The notes: generated by a model from the sequence alone, not told the origin. 63,868 nucleotides of DNA, filler included, from Octopus bimaculoides (GCF_001194135.2; 5 parts of 5 records of this genome joined end to end with filler, not necessarily neighbours in it); one strand, 5' to 3'. Shown: positions 25,750 through 38,072, counted from the whole stretch's first letter. Numbers and translations: made by a program.

Positions 25750-26593
25750 TGTGCATATTGGGGTATCACTACCTTCTATGTGTTTTTCCCATTTAGTATG
25801 GAGGATATTTCATTTATGAGGACGTACTCTTATATTTGTGTGAGTGATGGGTCCTTTGGGTGCTTGGATAAAATGTGAATGTCAAGTTGGTCTAGTGTGC
25901 CTCCATATTGGTCTTTGGCATGTTGATAGAGGATTGTTTCTTGTCAACATATTGCCTTAAGTGTACATCAATTCTCTCTGTAATACTTCTAGATGTCTTT
26001 ACAATGTAAGCCGTGTTTTTGTTCTTACAAGCAGCCTCTATGCACCTTATGCTGTACACTACATTTCTAGTTCTACAGTTAATGTTAGGGTTAATCTTAC
26101 ATAACATGTAGTTCTCATTAGTGCATGTGGTATTTTTAAAGGGGTACATCCTACATAACTGTGATCTGATGGAGCTCCCTGACTTCTCAATGATCTTAAT
26201 GTTGAGTTTGGTCTCCTTCAGAGCCTTCCTAAATCTATGTGTTAGTTCCCCATGGGGTGTGGCTTCTACAAACATCACTCCTTGATATTTGTCAGCCCTG
26301 TACCATGTGTTCATTCTGTTTACTTTGTCACAAATCCTTTGTATATTATTCCAGTCTTTACTTCTGTATCTAGTACTGCTGGCTTCATTACATATGCTAT
26401 CTAACTTCTTTCTAGCTCTCCTGTATACACAAATCCTATCTTTCTGGTCATATCCAGAAAATTGCATGCTGTGTATGAAGTTCTGTACACGTTTCTTTGT
26501 TTCTTAAGGTTTGCATAGGGATGACATGTTATTCATTATCCTAACTAAGTCTGCTACGGGAACCCTATGAAACAAAGAAACGTGTATAGAACT
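25750..26593 (-). mobile_element. Penelope-like element 3' fragment (RT thumb, Cys-rich linker, GIY-YIG endonuclease) with a short 5' inversion
   Basis: ORF 25892..26467 contains CRTRNVVYSIRC...AYIVKTSRSITERIDVH (degenerate GIY-YIG); homologous to 56662-58044. Confidence 0.85.
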
Positions 26594-29500
26594 GTGCAAC
26601 ATTGAACAGATCAACATCATGTTGTGTAAGGATGTAAATTCTCATTCCATCTCCTTTGGAGGCAACTCTAAACATAGCTGCAAGATAGGAGAACAGTGTT
26701 AAAGCAAGTATCCACCCTTATTTAACTCCATTTGTCACTGCAAACTCACTTGAGGTATTGCTACCTTTACTGCAAATACCTGCATTCCTTTGTGCAGGGA
26801 CGCGACCAAGTTGATGAACTTTCAAGGACATTCATGTTTCTTAAGAACCACACAAAGCCCATCATGGCATACCGTGTCAAAAGCCTTTGTAAAGTCTATG
26901 ATCACTGCATACCTAGGCATGTTCTCCTCAATGCATCTTTCCTGAATTTGGCGAAGACAGAAGATCATGTCCTCAGTGCTTCTGTAGTAACGCTGTGCGC
27001 ATGCGTAGTCTCACGCATGCGTGGAATTCAACAACCAAGCTTTCCTGCTTCATTCTCTCTCTTTCTTGCTGGCCAGCGATTGAGCAAGGACGTGTTTAGC
27101 TGTCTCTCTCCATCTTTCGAACTTACACTAGACAGCTCGCTCACATCTACATACCAACGTCCCCAACAACCATGCTCACACACACAGAAGACGTCTCAAC
27201 AAACAAGAGCTAAAGATGTATATATTAACCACCTTAAATAAATAATTGTTATGTTGATAGTCTGGAATTCAGCATTCCGTTAATTCTTAATTTTATANNN
27301 NNNNNNNNNNNNNNNNNNNNNNNNNNNNNNNNNNNNNNNNNNNNNNNNNNNNNNNNNNNNNNNNNNNNNNNNNNNNNNNNNNNNNNNNNNNNNNNNNNNN
27401 NNNNNNNNNNNNNNNNNNNNNNNNNNNNNNNNNNNNNNNNNNNNNNNNNNNNNNNNNNNNNNNNNNNNNNNNNNNNNNNNNNNNNNNNNNNNNNNNNNNN
27501 NNNNNNNNNNNNNNNNNNNNNNNNNNNNNNNNNNNNNNNNNNNNNNNNNNNNNNNNNNNNNNNNNNNNNNNNNNNNNNNNNNNNNNNNNNNNNNNNNNNN
27601 NNNNNNNNNNNNNNNNNNNNNNNNNNNNNNNNNNNNNNNNNNNNNNNNNNNNNNNNNNNNNNNNNNNNNNNNNNNNNNNNNNNNNNNNNNNNNNNNNNNN
27701 NNNNNNNNNNNNNNNNNNNNNNNNNNNNNNNNNNNNNNNNNNNNNNNNNNNNNNNNNNNNNNNNNNNNNNNNNNNNNNNNNNNNNNNNNNNNNNNNNNNN
27801 NNNNNNNNNNNNNNNNNNNNNNNNNNNNNNNNNNNNNNNNNNNNNNNNNNNNNNNNNNNNNNNNNNNNNNNNNNNNNNNNNNNNNNNNNNNNNNNNNNNN
27901 NNNNNNNNNNNNNNNNNNNNNNNNNNNNNNNNNNNNNNNNNNNNNNNNNNNNNNNCTTGTTATTCATTTCATACTGTTGTTTTTTCTATCGTCTCATTAC
28001 TGGCTATTCATGTTATCGTAGTATAACATAATTATTTGTATATCATCTTTGATATATTATTTTGTGTTCGACCGTGTGACACGTTTAAATAAAAGGAGTC
28101 CTCTGTTTTTCCATTCGTCACCATTTCTCCTTTTTGAGTTCGCACGGTCGTTTTTTTCATCTTGGGTTAAGAAAATTTTTCTTCGAGGTTTTCGCTAATG
28201 GTCGTACAGAGATTTGTCTGTCGACCGTCTGTAAAAGCGCACCTCTTCAAACACCATCAACACCGAGCAACCTTTTCGCCACCAGCTTCGTTCAACCAAG
28301 ATTACCACCGTGACGACAACAACTACTACTACTACCAACTACAAGCATTCCCCTGACATCGCCAAGTTTCAACAGGACATCATTACCACCACACATACAG
28401 AACACAGCTATATTACAGTTCCTCCTTGTGTAACCTTTATAGAATATTCCGTACCAGGTAACCGGTCACAACTAGCATCCGACGCTCAACTATAGCTCTG
28501 CCAACTGACCACGACTTCCTGAGTACAGACATTCTAAATCAACTTGTGTAACTCTTATACGAACTGGATTTTTGTCTCTACAGACACTTTAATATGTTCT
28601 GTGTTTTTTCTCACACACACACTTGTGCACTCATACATTTTCTTTCCTTTCAGTAAAAACAAACACTCAGACTTTCACATTCCGTGATTCCAGTTCCTGG
28701 ACAGTAGTCATCACGATTTGTTTTCTCATTGTCTCATTTGTTTTTTACTAGGTGGCATTTACTGCCCATATTGCATGTTTTTNNNNNNNNNNNNNNNNNN
28801 NNNNNNNNNNNNNNNNNNNNNNNNNNNNNNNNNNNNNNNNNNNNNNNNNNNNNNNNNNNNNNNNNNNNNNNNNNNNNNNNNNNNNNNNNNNNNNNNNNNN
28901 NNNNNNNNNNNNNNNNNNNNNNNNNNNNNNNNNNNNNNNNNNNNNNNNNNNNNNNNNNNNNNNNNNNNNNNNNNNNNNNNNNNNNNNNNNNNNNNNNNNN
29001 NNNNNNNNNNNNNNNNNNNNNNNNNNNNNNNNNNNNNNNNNNNNNNNNNNNNNNNNNNNNNNNNNNNNNNNNNNNNNNNNNNNNNNNNNNNNNNNNNNNN
29101 NNNNNNNNNNNNNNNNNNNNNNNNNNNNNNNNNNNNNNNNNNNNNNNNNNNNNNNNNNNNNNNNNNNNNNNNNNNNNNNNNNNNNNNNNNNNNNNNNNNN
29201 NNNNNNNNNNNNNNNNNNNNNNNNNNNNNGGAATTCAACAACCAAGCTTTCCCGCTTCATTCTCTCTCTTTCTTGCTGGCCAGCGATTGAGCAAGGACGT
29301 GTTTAGCTGTCTCTCTCCATCTTTCGAACTTACGCTAGACAGCTCGCTCACATCTACATACCAACGTCCCAACAACCATACTCACACACACAGAAGACGT
29401 CTCAACAAACAAGAGCTAAAGATGTATATATTAACCACCTTAAATAAATAATTGTTATGTTGATAGTCTGGAGTTCAGCATTCCGTTAATTCTTAATTTT

Positions 29501-30650
29501 ATATAGGAAAGTCAGGTATACATCTAATGATGTATAACCCACTTTCCTATACTTCTATCACCATGGAAGCTACACTGAGTCTCAGGTATGACATCTGGAC
29601 AGATTTAGTCTGCTTAATAGAATATGAGCCAAGATTCTCTCAGCTATTGACAGAAGAGATATTCCTCAGTAGTTTCCACAACCCACTCTACAACCTTTCA
29701 TGAAGACTGTCTTTCTAGTCTTCTTGAGCCATTTCTGTCTCCCTGATCTGGAGCACAATGCTATACAAGCTTTTGATGGGCTTCATACCTCCGTGCTTCC
29801 AGATTTCAGTAGGTACGCCGCATCTACCAGGTACTTTATTTCCTTTCATATGTTTGATTGCATCATTGAATTCCGTGCAAACAGGTTTGTCATCTAAGGA
29901 TTGGATGGTTGTTGTTATGTAACCTTCCTGAGGGTGGTATAGTACATGATACCTGAGATATTAAGTAGGCTGTCAAAGTGATTGGCGAATCTATCAAGGA
30001 TCTCTGATTTTTCCTGGAATACTGTTTTGCCATCAAGAGCTATGAGTTTTGTTATGCCTCTTCTCTGTAGCTGGTATAACTCTCAAAGTCCTGAGTAAAC
30101 AGTTTCCATATAATTTTTATCAGTATAATGCTGTACTTCTTCAGTTTTGACCTCCCAACAATCTGTTTCAGTTTCCTCATATATTGTTGCAGTTTCCTTC
30201 TTGCTTCCACCAGTTTTTCTGTTTGACCTTGTGTTATAATTTATCTGTCTTACCTTTGCAACATTCCTTCCCTTTAGCAGGGTCTGTAGATGGATGTCGT
30301 TCTTGTTGAACAGATCTTGATGTTTTCCCAGTGGTTTGCCTAAGACTTGTTGAGCTGTTTCATATGTAGTTACTTTTAAGATGTTTCATTTTTCTGTGAG
30401 TCCTTTGTTTCCCTTATTTTCTCATCCTTCCAAAGCCTTATCCAGCTGTTCCTGTAATTCCTGTTTCATTTTGAGATCTGTAAGTTTCCTGATGTTTAGC
30501 TTATTTTTTGGTCCGCTTATTTTCTTTATGCTTCTCTTCCTGAAGTCAAAAGTGACAATTGGTGGTCAGTAGAGCAGTCTACTCCTCTCATGACTCTTGT
30601 TTTCACAACATCATTCTGATCTCTTCCCCAGGTAAGTATGTAGTCTAAAA
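26594..30650 (-). mobile_element. RTE (BovB-like) LINE RT fragment interrupted by an LTR-like element at 26983-29551
   Basis: CGNY*GISLLSIA...PETQCSFHGDRS on the right joins TEDMIFCLRQIQERC...DFTKAFDT on the left once the insert is removed. Confidence 0.85.
26983..29551 (+). mobile_element. LTR-retrotransposon-like insertion (two direct repeats about 98% identical, interior largely gaps), 4-bp TSD cttc
   Basis: 27022-27297 matches 29230-29503; starts TGTAG; cttc at 26979-26982 and 29552-29555; an interior NGRTE..SVDRL motif near 28195-28235 resembles a gypsy integrase tail. Confidence 0.7.
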
Positions 30651-30769
30651 ATTGCCATAACATAGTTTTAAAAACGGTATAACCACTGGCAATTTTAAAG
30701 TGCTATAACATTTCTACTCTTTCAAGTTATTTACAAAGAAAAATTTCTGTAGATAATTTCAGGATATAG

Positions 30770-31070
30770 CTGCAGTCGTGGCTGTGTAGTAAGAAGCTTG
30801 CTTCTCAACCACATGATTCCATGTTCAGTCACACTGAGTAGCACCTTGGGCAAGTGTCTTCTACTATAGCTTCAGGCCTTGTGAGTGGATTTGGTAGATG
30901 GAAACTGAAAGAAGCCTGTTATATATGTGTCTGTGTCTGTGTTTGTCCCCCTCCCCTGCTTGACAACCACTGCTGGTATGCTTACATCCCCATAACTTAG
31001 TGGTTTTGCAAAACAGACAGATAGAATAAGTACCAGGTTTAAAAAAAAACGTAAGTACTGGGGTCAATTT
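30770..31070 (+). mobile_element. tRNA-derived SINE, family B (gtggctgtgtggtaagaagcttgct...ccttgtgagtggatttggtagacggaaactgaaagaagc). Other copies near 10700-10850 (+), 22365-22520 (-), 22795-22960 (-), 38270-38420 (-), 44663-44700 (+, truncated) and 48020-48150 (-)
   Basis: Conserved head and core motif shared by all listed loci. Confidence 0.85.
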
Positions 31071-31464
31071 ATTCGATTAAAAAATTCTCCAAGGTCAAGC
31101 CCCAGCATGACCTCAGTCTAATGTCTAAAATAAGTAAAGATAAAGGATAAAAGATGAAATACAGAAATGATGGTCGTTGCAACCATTTTGACACACTAGA
31201 TTTTTAAGATACCAACTGAATGCTTTTTTTTTTTTTAGCATCTTAGATTTTTATGAATATGAAGACATATATTACCTAGGTGACTTAATTAGCAGTGGAG
31301 GAGAATATTCTGAAAGTGTAGTTGCTACTAATAACTTTTCAATAAACTATATCTAGCATGATTATGGACAAAATAAGCACATCAATGCAATATATTAACT
31401 GTTATCCATTTGACATAAGAAATGAAATAATCTTTATCAGTAAATGTCTGAAAGCTTTGCATAC

Positions 31465-31666
31465 CTTGTACATATGTGGTGTCTCAATTATCTTTATTTC
31501 AAATGAATTACCATAGGAAAAAGGGAAATGAGAGTGAATTTCTTCATTTCCCCAAGCACCAAAAAGATGACTGTTACAGACAACAGTATTTTGAGACGCT
31601 CCATAATTGAAGCGGACATCCAAATGGAAAGGTGTTTCACTGCCAAACTTCAGATTTATTGAAAAT
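31465..31666 (-). CDS. Galectin carbohydrate-recognition-domain exon, 202 nt, phase 2/0: (R)FSINLKFGSETPFHLDVRFNYGASQNTVVCNSHLFGAWGNEEIHSHFPFSYGNSFEIKIIETPHMYK
   Basis: Galectin motifs HxDxRF, VxN, WGxEE, FPF and GxxF; tttacAG acceptor and GTatgc donor; lies within ORF 31402..31743. No other exon of this gene was confidently found. Confidence 0.85.
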
Positions 31667-31857
31667 CTGTAAAGATAAAATAAATAGAGAAAACAAATAG
31701 AATTTGTTAATGTATATGCGTATATACATACACACACACACACATATATATATATATNNNNNNNNNNNNNNNNNNNNNNNNNNNNNNNNNNNNNNNNNNN
31801 NTTAATTAATTAANNNNNNNNNNNNNNNNNNNNNNNNNNNNNNNNNNNNNNNNNNNN

Positions 31858-32056
31858 CCATGCTAGAAAGACTTTACTCTTCAGTGAGAACGCAGAGTGG
31901 GTCAAGATTATCGACACAGAGGGTGCTTTCGAACATGGAGTCATATGATGGATCAGGCATATGCGATCTGATTGGACTATTCCTACTCGATACGCTGGGC
32001 AAGACTTTTTGTTTAATCGTTCTGTTGTACAACCAACATAAATTAAGTTGTGTTTC
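31858..32056 (+). mobile_element. Penelope RT fragment
   Basis: MESYDGSGICDLIGLFLL resembles the Penelope MGSYDGAEICELVGL motif. Bounded by gaps. Confidence 0.7.
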
Positions 32057-32895
32057 NNNNNNNNNNNNNNNNNNNNNNNNNNNNNNNNNNNNNNNNNNNN
32101 NNNNNNNNNNNNNNNNNNNNNNNNNNNNNNNNNNNNNNNNNNNNNNNNNNNNNNNNNNNNNNNNNNNNNNNNNNNNNNNNNNNNNNNNNNNNNNNNNNNN
32201 NNNNNNNNNNNNNNNNNNNNNNNNNNNNNNNNNNNNNTGGAGTCAGATATAGAGGTCAATAATTCTCTTATGTTCTTATTCCGTCTAGACTTAATTTAAA
32301 CACAACTTAATTTATGTTGGTTGTACAACAGAACGATTAAACAAAAGNNNNNNNNNNNNNNNNNNNNNNNNNNNNNNNNNNNNNNNNNNNNNNNNNNNNN
32401 NNNNNNNNNNNNNNNNNNNNNNNNNNNNNNCTTGCTGAACATTTCGTTTCAAGCGGCTGCAATTTTGAAGAAGACTTGAAGTGCATATTGTCAATTTTGT
32501 AGCCATACCCTGTTCTATTCAGTTCACTTGAGAGTGGNNNNNNNNNNTTAGTGCTATGCAGAAAATTAGTGGTGAAAGTGAGTCACCTTGGAAAATGTCA
32601 CAGCTTATGCTAATATTGTTTGAGCGCAATACTCCATTAGAATGATATAATTGGNNNNNNNNNNNNNNNNNNNNNNNNNNNNNNNNNNNNNNNNNNNNNN
32701 NNNNNNNNNNNNNNNNNNNNNNNNNNNNNNNNNNNNNNNNNNNNNNNNNNNNNNNNNNNNNNNNNNNNNNNNNNNNNNNNNNNNNNNNNNNNNNNNNNNN
32801 NNNNNNNNNNNNNNNNNNNNNNNNNNNNNNNNNNNNNNNNNNNNNNNNNNNNNNNNNNNNNNNNNNNNNNNNNNNNNNNNNNNNNNNNNNNNNNN

Positions 32896-33032
32896 CCGTA
32901 TGAGCCTCGTCTGCATCCTTTTTGTTCAGTGGGAAAGAGGTTATTATCTTCCATAAACGTATATGTCTTCTCCACTAGAATAGATGTCAAAATCTCATAG
33001 GTAGTAGACAAACATGTTATAGGCCGGTAGTT
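32896..33032 (-). mobile_element. R4/Dong-like non-LTR RT N-terminal fragment
   Basis: NYRPITCLSTTYEILTSIL...EQKGCRRGSY. Confidence 0.8.
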
Positions 33033-34812
33033 TNNNNNNNNNNNNNNNNNNNNNNNNNNNNNNNNNNNNNNNNNNNNNNNNNNNNNNNNNNNNNNNNNNN
33101 NNNNNNNNNNNNNNNNNNNNNNNNNNNNNNNNNNNNNNNNNNNNNNNNNNNNNNNNNNNNNNNNNNNNNNNNNNNNNNNNNNNNNNNNNNNNNNNNNNNN
33201 NNNNNNNNNNNNNNNNNNNNNNNNNNNNNNNNNNNNNNNNNNNNNNNNNNNNNNNNNNNNNNNNNNNNNNNNNNNNNNNNNNNNNNNNNNNNNNNNNNNN
33301 NNNNNNNNNNNNNNNNNNNNNNNNNNNNNNNNNNNNNNNNNNNNNNNNNNNNNNNNNNNNNNNNNNNNNNNNNNNNNNNNNNNNNNNNNNNNNNNNNNNN
33401 NNNNNNNNNNNNNNNNNNNNNNNNNNNNNNNNNNNNNNNNNNNNNNNNNNNNNNNNNNNNNNNNNNNNNNNNNNNNNNNNNNNNNNNNNNNNNNNNNNNN
33501 NNNNNNNNNNNNNNNNNNNNNNNNNNNNNNNNNNNNNNNNNNNNNNNNNNNNNNNNNNNNNNNNNNNNNNNNNNNNNNNNNNNNNNNNNNNNNNNNNNNN
33601 NNNNNNNNNNNNNNNNNNNNNNNNNNNNNNNNNNNNNNNNNNNNNNNNNNNNNNNNNNNNNNNNNNNNNNNNNNNNNNNNNNNNNNNNNNNNNNNNNNNN
33701 NNNNNNNNNNNNNNNNNNNNNNNNNNNNNNNNNNNNNNNNNNNNNNNNNNNNNNNNNNNNNNNNNNNNNNNNNNNNNNNNNNNNNNNNNNNNNNNNNNNN
33801 NNNNNNNNNNNNNNNNNNNNNNNNNNNNNNNNNNNNNNNNNNNNNNNNNNNNNNNNNNNNNNNNNNNNNNNNNNNNNNNNNNNNNNNNNNNNNNNNNNNN
33901 NNNNNNNNNNNNNNNNNNNNNNNNNNNNNNNNNNNNNNNNNNNNNNNNNNNNNNNNNNNNNNNNNNNNNNNNNTTGTTGAAGACCTTGATTTGTTTTGTC
34001 TATAGTTTTTTATTCATAAATTTGCAATACACACACACACGTATATAGATGAGAGGGATGTCACTCCCAGAAATTGCAGCACTTTTTCTTTGAACCTAAT
34101 GAATATAAACTTAAAGCAAAACGGCTACAAAGGCAACATTTCCTTGTCAGTCACGCCAGCCTAGTAGGAGTGAGTGACCTCACGCGTGATACATACAGAG
34201 TTCTTGTCTCGTCTCCCTCCTCACTGCGCTACGTACTGCTGCTCAGTTAACTATAGTCGTGACTAAGTTCATAGTGACTTGTGAGATTGTAAGTCTTAGT
34301 TAGGTCAAGCCTCATTTGAAAGCGTACATTCACCATTGCATGAGTTGTTTTGCAGACTTCCTTTTTATCACTGAGTCTTAATTAGTAATAATGATCGAAT
34401 TCATTGCTACTCTATTTGGCCTACTGCACACTGTTCCAGATAAAACGGTCTTAGATAAGACACGATCGATCAGCATCCGAAACCATGTTCTTGGAATCTT
34501 GGTTATGAATTTAGCAATTGCCATTGTTTTGACTGGAAACCGTCGATATTTGACATTATTTCTATATTAATTGGGTAATGATAAATAATCGTACTAATTA
34601 CAGAAAAAATTATTACGAATCTAGATGATATTTATTCTCGAATCGTAGTGACAGTTGCCGAATTCAAGACCAAAAACATGGTCTTGGATGCAGGTTTATC
34701 GTATCTTGTCTGAGATCGTTTTTTTCTGGGTCAGTGTGCGGCCGGCCAAACTAATTCATTATCATCCTTTTATTTTTTTATCGGTATTCCAGAATAAAAA
34801 CAGTTTTCACGT

Positions 34813-35024
34813 CGAAGAAATTGAAACGAACTTTGAAAGAAGAAAACAGGATCTTCAATGAAGAATAGGAATTACAATATTTTTTAATGAATAGTGGAGG
34901 AAAGATGTCTTGTTTGCTTTGTGGTAATGCAGTTGTAACGGTTAAGAAATTCGATGATGCACAGCAGCATTATTCTCTTCATAAAGACAATAAATATGCC
35001 AAATTAGAGGGTGAGTCTCGAAAG
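34813..35024 (+). mobile_element. hAT (Charlie/SPIN-like) transposase N-terminal zinc-finger remnant
   Basis: ENRIFNEE*ELQYF...CLLCGNAVVTVKKFDDAQQHYSLH resembles SPIN/GTF2IRD2-like N-termini. Confidence 0.7.
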
Positions 35025-35646
35025 NNNNNNNNNNNNNNNNNNNNNNNNNNNNNNNNNNNNNNNNNNNNTTAATTAATTAANNNNNNNNNNNNNNNNNNNN
35101 NNNNNNNNNNNNNNNNNNNNNNNNTATATATACTTATGCATAAATATTAGTATAAAGGATAAGAGAAATGGAAAGTATAGCTAGGCAGTGTGTTATACGC
35201 AAAATATTTGTTCTTGTTATCTGGTTAATCATCAGTTAGAGAAAGAATTACAAAACATCTATCGGAAGAGAGAATTGTAAATCTGTGAGGTATTGCTAAT
35301 CATATTCTCTTTAACGTGGTGGTGTAGAAACGTTTCTTTATATTTCAGATTTCATGATTGATTAGTGTCGTAGCTCAGTGTTATTTATAATTACAATATA
35401 ATTATACGTTGAGCTATCATTTGATTGATGAAGTTGGACCAAGATATGCTCGCATAGTTCCTTCTACTTTCCTTCTGCTTTTAATTATTAGAAATCTTCT
35501 TATCCTGAAGGAGCTGCTTTCTTACAAAGGCGCACAGCTTTTATTGTTGCAATGTATATAACATAAACAACGTTACATCTTGATCTTGAGAACAGTCTTG
35601 CATATTTTTACTCTTCCACTTACTGATTGTATTTGCAATAGGCGAG

Positions 35647-35917
35647 TTATTATCATTAATATTGTTATCATTGCCTTTGCACAGCTTCTAACACTTGAGA
35701 TGTACTACGGTGTCAGTTGTTCACTACCAGTGAACTAAGGTAACATCCCTTATTTTTCGAGCACCTTCCGGTTATTCGAGTGGTTCCAAGCAGTGCTGTT
35801 TTCTGCAAGTGCTCCGCCCTTATTGCAGCCCCTATTTGTTCCACGTAGTTCTCGGGAGTCTTGCTCACTGCTCCCAGAGATCCGACAATTATTGGTACTA
35901 CTGCTACCTTTTTCATT
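35647..35917 (-). mobile_element. R4/Dong-like LINE 3' end (RLE C-terminus, short 3' UTR, degenerate (AAT)n tail)
   Basis: MKKVAVVPIIVGSLGAVSK...EHLQKTALLGT is typical of the RLE C-terminus of R4/Dong. Confidence 0.8.
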
Positions 35918-36169
35918 CACCACGTTAAAGAGAATATGATTATTGTTATTGTTGCTATTATTGAGTGAGAGAGCAGTGCATGCCATCAAAGTGACACTGG
36001 GGTAAAATATACGAAGCCCATTATACCCATCATGACTACCCGTCTGATAAGGGTACACCAGGCACATACATCACAACCACATGTGCGCGACATGGTGATC
36101 CTATATCAAGATAAACAGTGCATGAGCTTGCAGGTAGGGCCCACTATTTGTGTAGAAGTTTCCAGTTGA

Positions 36170-37080
36170 TGTTAGGATCTAGAGATATTAATTTCTATGG
36201 AGATTTCCTCTACAGACTAGTCAAGTATCCCAAATATTGGAATCAAGACTGGTACTGCAAGCGTATTGTGAGATATTGTCTTATCGTAAGCCTAGAGTTC
36301 CGACTGCCAAATGTTTTTGTCTCGTATTATATTCTCAGATCATTTATCTTTAATCTCACCACGTTCGTATGATATATTTTCATAAATGTTTATATATTTG
36401 TGGCATTCTTTGTGCAGAACAGGAGAAATAATGAGACTGTTGATGCACAGGATTTTGGGGTCGTGGGTAATGATTTTCCGCGTTCAACAATCAAATATGA
36501 ACATTTCTTTTGGCCAAATTCCATTCTTATGTCACCTGAAATTGTTATTAACTCCATCTTGTTTTGATTTTTTTTTTTTTTTGCGTTGTTAACATTTTTG
36601 GTATAAATCTTTAGGTCATCTACAAAGAAATTATGAATTACATTAATATCTCTAGCAGTTGCGGACCCTAGCATATTGCCCGTTGATTTTTGTAGCAGGA
36701 ATGATAATGGATTTCATGCCAAAATGAACAGAATTGCAGAAATAGTATCTCCTTGGAATATTCCCTTTCAAATATTTATAACATTGAAGACAATCATTCC
36801 GCTCTCAGTTGTAAATGTGAACATTGTTCTCCAGGTCTTAGTAAGCATCTCAATGGCAACACATAAAGGTTGCAGGTATTTTTGCTAAATGTAAACATTT
36901 CAGCAAAAGTGTGTGGTCAATAGAATCGAATGATTTCCTATAATTAATCAACATATCTACCGTTTTCCTACTTCAGACAGCACAAGGTTGTTTATCAAAA
37001 TTTGTTCCACACATCGCCACACTCCCTTCTTCCCACCTGCTTGCTCACGATGTCGTAGGACTTACAATCATACGGAAGGA
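36170..37080 (-). mobile_element. R4/Dong-like RT fragment, degraded
   Basis: KGIFQGDTISAILFILA and HNFFVDDLKIY...IRMEFGQKKC motifs. Confidence 0.8.
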
Positions 37081-37550
37081 ATTGGTTGAGGAATTGAACA
37101 TATATATATATATATANNNNNNNNNNNNNNNNNNNNNNNNNNNNNNNNNNNNNNNNNNNNNNNNNNNNNNNNNNNNNNNNNNNNNNNNNNNNNNNNNNNN
37201 NNNNNNNNNNNNNNNNNNNNNNNNNNNNNNNNNNNNNNNNNNNNNNNNNNNNNNNNNNNNNNNNNNNNNNNNNNNNNNNNNNNNNNNNNNNNNNNNNNNN
37301 NNNNNNNNNNNNNNNNNNNNNNNNNNNNNNNNNNNNNNNNNNNNNNNNNNNNNNNNNNNNNNNNNNNNNNNNNNNNNNNNNNNNNNNNNNNNNNNNNNNN
37401 NNNNNNNNNNNNNNNNNNNNNNNNNNNNNNNNNNNNNNNNNNNNNNNNNNNNNNNNNNNNNNNNNNNNNNNNNNNNNNNNNNNNNNNNNNNNNNNNNNNN
37501 NNNNNNNNNNNNNNNNNNNNNNNNNNNNNNNNNNNNNNNNNNNNNNNNNN

Positions 37551-37591
<41 letters not shown>

Positions 37592-37595
37592 GTAT

Positions 37596-37636
<41 letters not shown>

Positions 37637-38014
37637 TGTATGTATCTATGTATGTATACGTGTTTATTTTCATATATTAATATGTGCGTTTTATGACTGG
37701 TTTATACAATAACAATCAAATATTTACTATTAAATACATGTAGACCTAGTAACCATTTATAACATTGTAACGGAAGCTGTCCCTCACCATTCCTATCCAA
37801 GGGCTAAAAGTTACTGCCACTAATAACATAACATGCTGTATTAAAACAGAGCGAAACAGGGTTTATTTAACTATATACCCATTGCAAAAGACACTTCTGC
37901 ATCGATGGATGCACCACAATCAGTTGTACAGTATCCCACCCGCGGGATGGTTCGAAACGATCGGTGTGAACAATAGTCTCTCGTTTATGCCTTTTTCCGT
38001 CTGTACTGTTTGTT

Positions 38015-38072
<58 letters not shown>

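Noticed and set aside
32006-32347. Inverted copy of about 50 bp (32006-32056 versus 32296-32347)
   Set aside because: Both copies end at gaps, so a real PLE inversion cannot be told apart from an assembly artefact.
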